In this document: one piece after another, positions 25,985 through 30,729 of the stretch
Numbering within the stretch: the first letter of the stretch is position 1
How the letters are laid out: each line of letters starts with the position of its first letter
Virus record (IMG/VR): IMGVR_UViG_3300037458_000362
Location: 1 to 30,729 of that record
Strand: one strand, 5' to 3'
DNA from: a virus
Lineage: Duplodnaviria > Caudoviricetes
DNA: 30,729 nt
The notes under the pieces: model-generated
Databases searched by the model: none
What the model was told of the DNA's origin: nothing
The model's input: the letters and a program-made list of their open reading frames with translations, nothing else
Position numbers and translations under genes: made by a program

Positions 25985-27761
25985 GACACTTATAGCTTTC
26001 TTACTGTTTGCTTTACCGGCTCACGCTGCTAACAGGCTATTCTACACAGACTTCGAAACCGGAAACTTAGCCACGACCGGAATTACAGCTTACTCTGACG
26101 GAGCAAGCATATCAACAAATAGTCCTTATGCTGGAACGTACTGCATGAAACTGTCTTATGAGGATCAAATAACCTTACCAGAAGGAGTCTACAAAGTAAT
26201 ACATACGGGAATAACTGATAGAGTCTACCATGCTTTTTGGATGAAATTAAACGCCGATTGGCCCGATGGCAACGGATGGAAGCCGGGACGGGCAACTAAT
26301 TCGGCATCTAACGCCAACACCACTGAATATTGGGGAACTGGCTACCCCGTTGCTACTCACCCACTTCAAACATTCACATACGGGACGGGATTTACTGGCG
26401 TAACAAATAATACCGGCGTTTTGTGGGATGCCCCTGCAAATAGTTGGAAGGGAAACTGGCATCATTGGGCGATTTATATGCAAAAAAATACGACCGCCTC
26501 CTCCGCAAACGGGATCTTGCGAATATGGATTGACGGCGTTTTGAAAGTAAATAGATCAAATATGACGTTCTGGAGTGCGAACACTTATTTTTACAATATG
26601 TTTTATTTCCCTTCAAACACGAACTGCCGCACCGGGCATTTGAACGAGTGTTACCCTGGTACTGATTGGACAGGCATGTATCTATATGTCGATAACGTCG
26701 AAATATGGGACGACATGCCAACGTCGAATACTGCCCCAGAAATATCAATCACTAGCCCAACTTGCCCCGCTACGGTAACAAGCTCGCCACAAACGCTTAC
26801 CGTTACGGCAACGGATAGCGACGGAACCATATCAAGCGTTAATTGGTACAATGATACTACCAGCGCAAACGGTTCATGCACAGGGGCGTACTCTTGTTCA
26901 GTAACGCTTGGCGACGGCGAAAATTCGATCCGTGTCGTTGCTACAGACAATGGATCTGTTTCGTCAACTGTAGCCTGTACTATCACAAAATCAGTCGGTG
27001 CGGATTATACAGCTCCGACTATCACGATTCAAAGCCCGGCCGAAACCAATCCTTACTATAACATGGCGGCAACCGGAGCTATTACTGTGAGTGGCGTCGC
27101 AGCAGATAATGTTGAGGTATCATCAGTTACTTGGACTTGCCCATCATGCTCGGTCACAAGTGGAACGGCTACTGGTAAAACTACCTGGAGCTTTAGCGCA
27201 ATCCCCGGTGGTGGTCCTTATGGGTCTGAAGTAGTAACAACTGGAGATTTTTCTTCAAGCGATGCATGGTACACCGAAACCGGATGGGAGATTACAGGCG
27301 GTAAAGCGGTTGCGACATCAGCCAGCAATAAAGGATTTCAACAATCTGGTTTGGTTCTGGCTCAATATGCAAACTATTTACTATCTTACGATGTTTCAGG
27401 CTATAGCGGTGAGGGTAGCTTGTATCTATCTCAATATGGCTTTGGAGGGGCAACCGTTGGACTTACTGAAGCAGCGGGGACATATACACTTGAAGTGGTT
27501 TGCGTAGATCCAACAGACCCGCTTCGATTTGCAAGCGGTTCGGCTGCGCTGAACATTAGCATGGATAATATAAGTCTAAAACAAAAAGGCATCCGAAACG
27601 TCGTCACCGTAACTGCAACCGATTCAAGCGGCAACACGGCGAGTGATATAATTTATATCAACAACTTTTTAGAACAGCGCGATGTGTCTATTTCAGCAGG
27701 AGGTCCAACAACCCTTACGGGTGGCGGAACAAAAAAGTTGATCTTCAAAAGGACGGAGTAA
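25974..27761 (+). CDS. Secreted multidomain adhesin-like protein (lectin/polysaccharide-lyase-like jelly roll plus Ig-like repeats)
   Basis: TTG 25974 yields leader MKIRTLIAFLLFALPAHA; DFETG...WHHW...NGILRIWIDG...YVDNVEIW; Ig-like ATDSDGTISSV and G.A.DN..VSSVTW. The start at 25824 is less plausible. Confidence 0.7.
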   Translation: MKIRTLIAFLLFALPAHAANRLFYTDFETGNLATTGITAYSDGASISTNSPYAGTYCMKLSYEDQITLPEGVYKVIHTGITDRVYHAFWMKLNADWPDGNGWKPGRATNSASNANTTEYWGTGYPVATHPLQTFTYGTGFTGVTNNTGVLWDAPANSWKGNWHHWAIYMQKNTTASSANGILRIWIDGVLKVNRSNMTFWSANTYFYNMFYFPSNTNCRTGHLNECYPGTDWTGMYLYVDNVEIWDDMPTSNTAPEISITSPTCPATVTSSPQTLTVTATDSDGTISSVNWYNDTTSANGSCTGAYSCSVTLGDGENSIRVVATDNGSVSSTVACTITKSVGADYTAPTITIQSPAETNPYYNMAATGAITVSGVAADNVEVSSVTWTCPSCSVTSGTATGKTTWSFSAIPGGGPYGSEVVTTGDFSSSDAWYTETGWEITGGKAVATSASNKGFQQSGLVLAQYANYLLSYDVSGYSGEGSLYLSQYGFGGATVGLTEAAGTYTLEVVCVDPTDPLRFASGSAALNISMDNISLKQKGIRNVVTVTATDSSGNTASDIIYINNFLEQRDVSISAGGPTTLTGGGTKKLIFKRTE

Positions 27762-27764
27762 AAA

Positions 27765-28076
27765 TTGGATGAGCCGAAATCTATTAAAGAGTTCTGGTCT
27801 GACCCTGTGCGGGAGCGCAGGCGAAGCGCCGGCAGGCGAGAGTCGGATTACTCAGTGTGCGTACACCACGATGATATACGGTCTAAATGCGGGGAAGAAA
27901 TGAAAGGCCTTTGGAAAAGACTTGAAATACTAGAGGAACGCATCGTCGGCAAGTGGACGTTTGGCGTTATCGTAACGATTCTGCTTGCCGCCATTACCTT
28001 GTCTAGTGGAGCGAGCGCGATAATGTTCCAGAGCATCAAGGCTGAAATAAAATCTATTAATGAAACAGTAAAGTGA
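27765..28076 (+). CDS. Single-TM membrane protein (holin/XhlA-like)
   Basis: GGAG RBS with TTG start; coiled coil followed by WTFGVIVTILLAAITL. Confidence 0.55.
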   Translation: MDEPKSIKEFWSDPVRERRRSAGRRESDYSVCVHHDDIRSKCGEEMKGLWKRLEILEERIVGKWTFGVIVTILLAAITLSSGASAIMFQSIKAEIKSINETVK

Positions 28077-28102
28077 TTTACTGACGAAGGGGTGTATATG
28101 CT

Positions 28103-28315
28103 GTGGCTGTCAACTTGTGCATTCCGCCTTGGAGCACTCCAGATGGATGTGGATTGTCTATGTGCTCGTCCCCGAACGATTGGAGCAAACAATATAAATG
28201 CAGTTTTTCCACCACACCGCCGATCCACAACCGTTGCACCTTCCAGCGAGAAGACGGCAGTTGCTTCTGTGTCGCCGCGCAGCGGGATTGCTACCCGCCC
28301 AAACCAGATTCGTGA
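28103..28315 (+). CDS. Small Cys-rich protein
   Basis: 8 Cys in 70 aa; its Cys/His pattern recurs downstream in another frame (28363-28472). Confidence 0.5.
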   Translation: MAVNLCIPPWSTPDGCGLSMCSSPNDWSKQYKCSFSTTPPIHNRCTFQREDGSCFCVAAQRDCYPPKPDS

Positions 28316-28473
28316 TTTTCGTGAGCAAAACAGTGACCACGTTACCTATCGCTGCCTAAAATCCTGGCAGCAGTGGTTTACCCAATCCGATTGCCATTAC
28401 GCGATAAAAAATCCAGAACATGACCGTTGCTGGTATCAGACACTACAAGGGGAGTGTAACAGGGAGGACTAAA

Positions 28474-28938
28474 ATGAAAAGATTGGCATTGATTATGCTT
28501 ATCGTCACAGGCTGCGCCAATGTGGGGCAAATTTACCCGCCGCCAGCGGTCCCGGTCTGCGCGAAGCCGGAAGCGGCCGACTCCGTTATCTGCGCCATTG
28601 CAACCCGGCAGGGGTACGCCCCGGAGCAGATCGACTCCATGTTCCTTGATGCTGCCCTGGCCGGCATCGGAGCAAAGGTTTTCAGCGCTGCGGATCTCCG
28701 TGCCGCCCTGCAAAAGACGCGGGACTGGGTTGTTGACCGTGACATTCTGAGCGTACAGGGATTGACGATGTACCTCGTCAAACAGGCCGAAATGGACCCC
28801 GCGCTTGCCATGCTGCTATCGCGCCGGTTGGGGCTTATCAACGTGCCGATTTTGAGCCTGGCTCCGCTGACGGCCTACGACAAGACTTTGATTTTGGCGG
28901 GGATTGACCATCAGCTTGAGCAGATGAGGTTCTTTTAA
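28474..28938 (+). CDS. Lipoprotein
   Basis: GGAGG RBS; MKRLALIMLIVTGC lipobox followed by a Pro-rich linker. Confidence 0.75.
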   Translation: MKRLALIMLIVTGCANVGQIYPPPAVPVCAKPEAADSVICAIATRQGYAPEQIDSMFLDAALAGIGAKVFSAADLRAALQKTRDWVVDRDILSVQGLTMYLVKQAEMDPALAMLLSRRLGLINVPILSLAPLTAYDKTLILAGIDHQLEQMRFF

Positions 28939-29174
28939 TGGCTGCGACAGTAACAAGGCTACACCAAAGCGATGCTGCTAAACTTTTAAGTGATTTTGCG
29001 AATAGGATACAGGATAAAGAAATAACGGATTTAATTTTTTACGCAAGGGATAAGGATGGCATTACAACTTCGCATTGGTTTGGGCATGATTCTGCGCTTA
29101 GGTGCCTTGGCATGGCACAATATATGTCATGGAAAATAGGCGCATACATTGACAATGAAGATTTTGAAGTTTGA
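28938..29174 (+). CDS. Hypothetical protein
   Basis: TAATG coupling; 78 aa; AT-richer than flanks. Confidence 0.65.
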   Translation: MAATVTRLHQSDAAKLLSDFANRIQDKEITDLIFYARDKDGITTSHWFGHDSALRCLGMAQYMSWKIGAYIDNEDFEV

Positions 29175-29201
29175 TATTCTTGGGCTGAAAAGCGTATATT
29201 A

Positions 29202-29468
29202 ATGACCCAACTCGCCGAAACCATGTCCCGCGCCGCGTTCATGTTTGCCGCTTTGGTTGATTCTAAGGCCGCTGACTGCGACTTGTCGCTATGGGAGATA
29301 GACCAGCTGCTTGGCGAGTTGGCCGTGATCCAGAACGCTCTGGAGTGCGCTAAGGCGCAATTTGAAGCTGCTTGTGAGGATGCAGGAGGAGCAGATGCAA
29401 GGATACCGGACCGTAATATTCAATGCGATAATGGCGCTACTGGCGCTGGTGAGGGCGCTTTTTCCTGA
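29202..29468 (+). CDS. Hypothetical protein
   Basis: 88-aa ORF with no clear RBS; 3' end overlaps the holin-like gene. Confidence 0.45.
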   Translation: MTQLAETMSRAAFMFAALVDSKAADCDLSLWEIDQLLGELAVIQNALECAKAQFEAACEDAGGADARIPDRNIQCDNGATGAGEGAFS

Positions 29469-29607
29469 CCTAATCGGGCTCTCAGAGGACGAAATCAGGA
29501 CCATCTTTGACGCAATCTGGCCCGCAATTATCGTCTTGGGCAACATCGGCTTGCGGGTATTTGTAACTAAGGGGCCTGTAGGGATGAAAGACCCTGAGTG
29601 CAAGTAG
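29395..29607 (+). CDS. Holin-like two-TM protein
   Basis: AGGAGG RBS; MQGYRTVIFN...NIGLR..TKGPVG pattern with two hydrophobic segments. Confidence 0.7.
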   Translation: MQGYRTVIFNAIMALLALVRALFPDLIGLSEDEIRTIFDAIWPAIIVLGNIGLRVFVTKGPVGMKDPECK

Positions 29608-29812
29608 GCTTGAGCCTGCCCCGCTCGTTACAGGAGTTGCGACGAGACTGACGATTTGGGACGCCGGGCTGAACGGCGTGGCGGGCTTTAATAACATCCC
29701 CAAACGATAACTAAAACCACACCAGCTAATCCCACGACCATCATACTTACAAATATCTTTATCGCTATTTCTACCCAATACATTTAATACTCCTTCGCGG
29801 CGGCGATGGACT

Positions 29813-30058
29813 TTAGAACCTTCTTCTCTTCTTGCTTTTCTCCAAGAGTCCATATGCTTTGATTAGATCGTCAGGACATCTTTCTTTTGGATTAAAATAT
29901 TCCTCTATTGCCTCCACCAGCCGCGCCAGCCGTTGGCGCAGGGCGGCAACTTCCTCTCTGAGGTGCCCAACGCACAAGCTATCCTCTTTCACGCCAGCCG
30001 GATCTTTCCCCGCAATTTGCCTGCACCGTGAGCAGGCAGGGTTGTATTCGATTTCCAT
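29813..30058 (-). CDS. Hypothetical protein (CxxC..CxxH plus coiled coil)
   Basis: GGGGTG RBS on the minus strand; CSRC...CVGH then EEVAALRQRLARL. Confidence 0.7.
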   Translation of the reverse strand: MEIEYNPACSRCRQIAGKDPAGVKEDSLCVGHLREEVAALRQRLARLVEAIEEYFNPKERCPDDLIKAYGLLEKSKKRRRF

Positions 30059-30070
30059 TGTTTCACCCCA

Positions 30071-30367
30071 TCATAAGTTTAATTCTACAAACTTTATCAA
30101 TTCTCTTAGTTCCGCGTTTTCCGCCACAAGCCGCAAAATTTCTTTCTTATGTTCTTCGATACTTTCAAGATAAAGCTAACGGCTAAACCTGCCGGCCAAC
30201 GTCTTTCGGTAATGTTCCACTTCTTTTTCCAGCCGCGCAATTTCAGCGTCTGCCTCGACTTTTGGATAAAACACCATCATAGGATTTTTCCGTGTTTCGT
30301 CTATGATAGTTCCTGTTTTATCGTCGTCACCAACATAGCAAATGCTTACCATTCGTATCGCTTCCAT
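30071..30367 (-). CDS. Coiled-coil hypothetical protein interrupted by an in-frame TAG at 30176-30178
   Basis: GGAGG RBS; 63 aa to TAG, then the same frame continues LYLESIEEHKKEILRLVAENAELRELIKFVELNL to TGA at 30071-30073. Confidence 0.6.
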
Positions 30368-30376
30368 GCGCCCCTC

Positions 30377-30729
30377 CTATTCAATATACCCATCTATTTT
30401 CCAGCCTTTTTCTTTGCATATTTCGATTATCAAATCGCTGTCTCTAATTTCCGGCTTTCCTGGCTTCCACAAATCTTTACGCAATTCAAATTTCCAAAAT
30501 CTATCCTCATTTTCATATGGACACTGACCGTCGTTGGCCCACAAGTCAAACCGCTCCGGGTGCGGATGCGCCCAAGCATCTCGGCGCATCAGTTCAAGCG
30601 TTAAGACATCGTTTAGTTTTCCAAGGATTAAAGAGGATAAAAACGACAATGACGGAAGTTTTGAGAATTTAATTGTTGCGCGGTATAGGTTTGCGTAAGA
30701 CAAGTTTGCGTCGGACAGGTTTGCGTAGG
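30377..30729 (-). CDS. Pentapeptide-repeat protein (partial, starts beyond the window)
   Basis: Frame is open to the window edge and reads YANLSDANLSYANLYRA; 15-nt periodic DNA repeat at 30686-30729. Confidence 0.85.
   Translation of the reverse strand, partial: YANLSDANLSYANLYRATIKFSKLPSLSFLSSLILGKLNDVLTLELMRRDAWAHPHPERFDLWANDGQCPYENEDRFWKFELRKDLWKPGKPEIRDSDLIIEICKEKGWKIDGYIE

Larger units (their letters stand above)
84..29607 (+). mobile_element. Tailed phage/prophage packaging, head, short-tail and lysis-type gene block
   Basis: Co-oriented, overlapping genes in the order terS-terL-portal-scaffold-MCP-adaptors-nozzle-ejection-fibres-holin-like. No tape-measure or sheath gene was recognised. 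No integrase or att site is in the window, so phage versus prophage is unresolved. Confidence 0.95.

Noticed and set aside
28298-28304. CCCAAAC -1 slippery site linking the two Cys-rich repeats
   Set aside because: Its phase would shift in the wrong direction; joining the repeats needs a +1 shift.
1-30729. Genome-wide TAG reassignment
   Set aside because: TAG ends several genes immediately before the next RBS (for example 5711 and 19459) and long genes are intact in the standard code.
1-30729. CRISPR array, tRNA/rRNA, DGR or integrase
   Set aside because: No repeat-spacer array, cloverleaf, reverse transcriptase, template/variable repeat pair or recombinase was seen by eye; a computational scan could still find subtle cases.

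Overview
This window is the virion-morphogenesis (late) region of a tailed dsDNA phage or prophage with a podovirus-like layout. Almost all genes are on the + strand and tightly coupled: small and large terminase, portal, zinc-ribbon protein, scaffold, major capsid protein, a capsid cement-like gene, a glycosyltransferase-methyltransferase fusion, two head-tail adaptor-like genes, a nozzle-like gene, three ejection-protein-like genes, a long block of fibre/adhesin-like genes and small membrane or lysis-type genes. The last ~900 bp hold the ends of convergent minus-strand genes. The clearest hidden structure is a 695-nt group I intron (7006-7700) interrupting the cement-like gene, with P1, P10 and the P3/P4/P7/P9 core all readable. 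Its HNH endonuclease lies on the antisense strand with its own sigma70-type promoter, and a second free-standing antisense HNH cassette (20660-21237) is built the same way. Other notable points are a nozzle gene that appears split by a fibre module, a YxxWE module shared by three tail proteins, many Cys-rich fibre-like proteins with secretion or lipoprotein signals, two unlisted tandem 56-aa paralogues and an in-frame TAG in a minus-strand gene. Product calls come from motif recognition and gene order only; no database search was run and the host cannot be determined.
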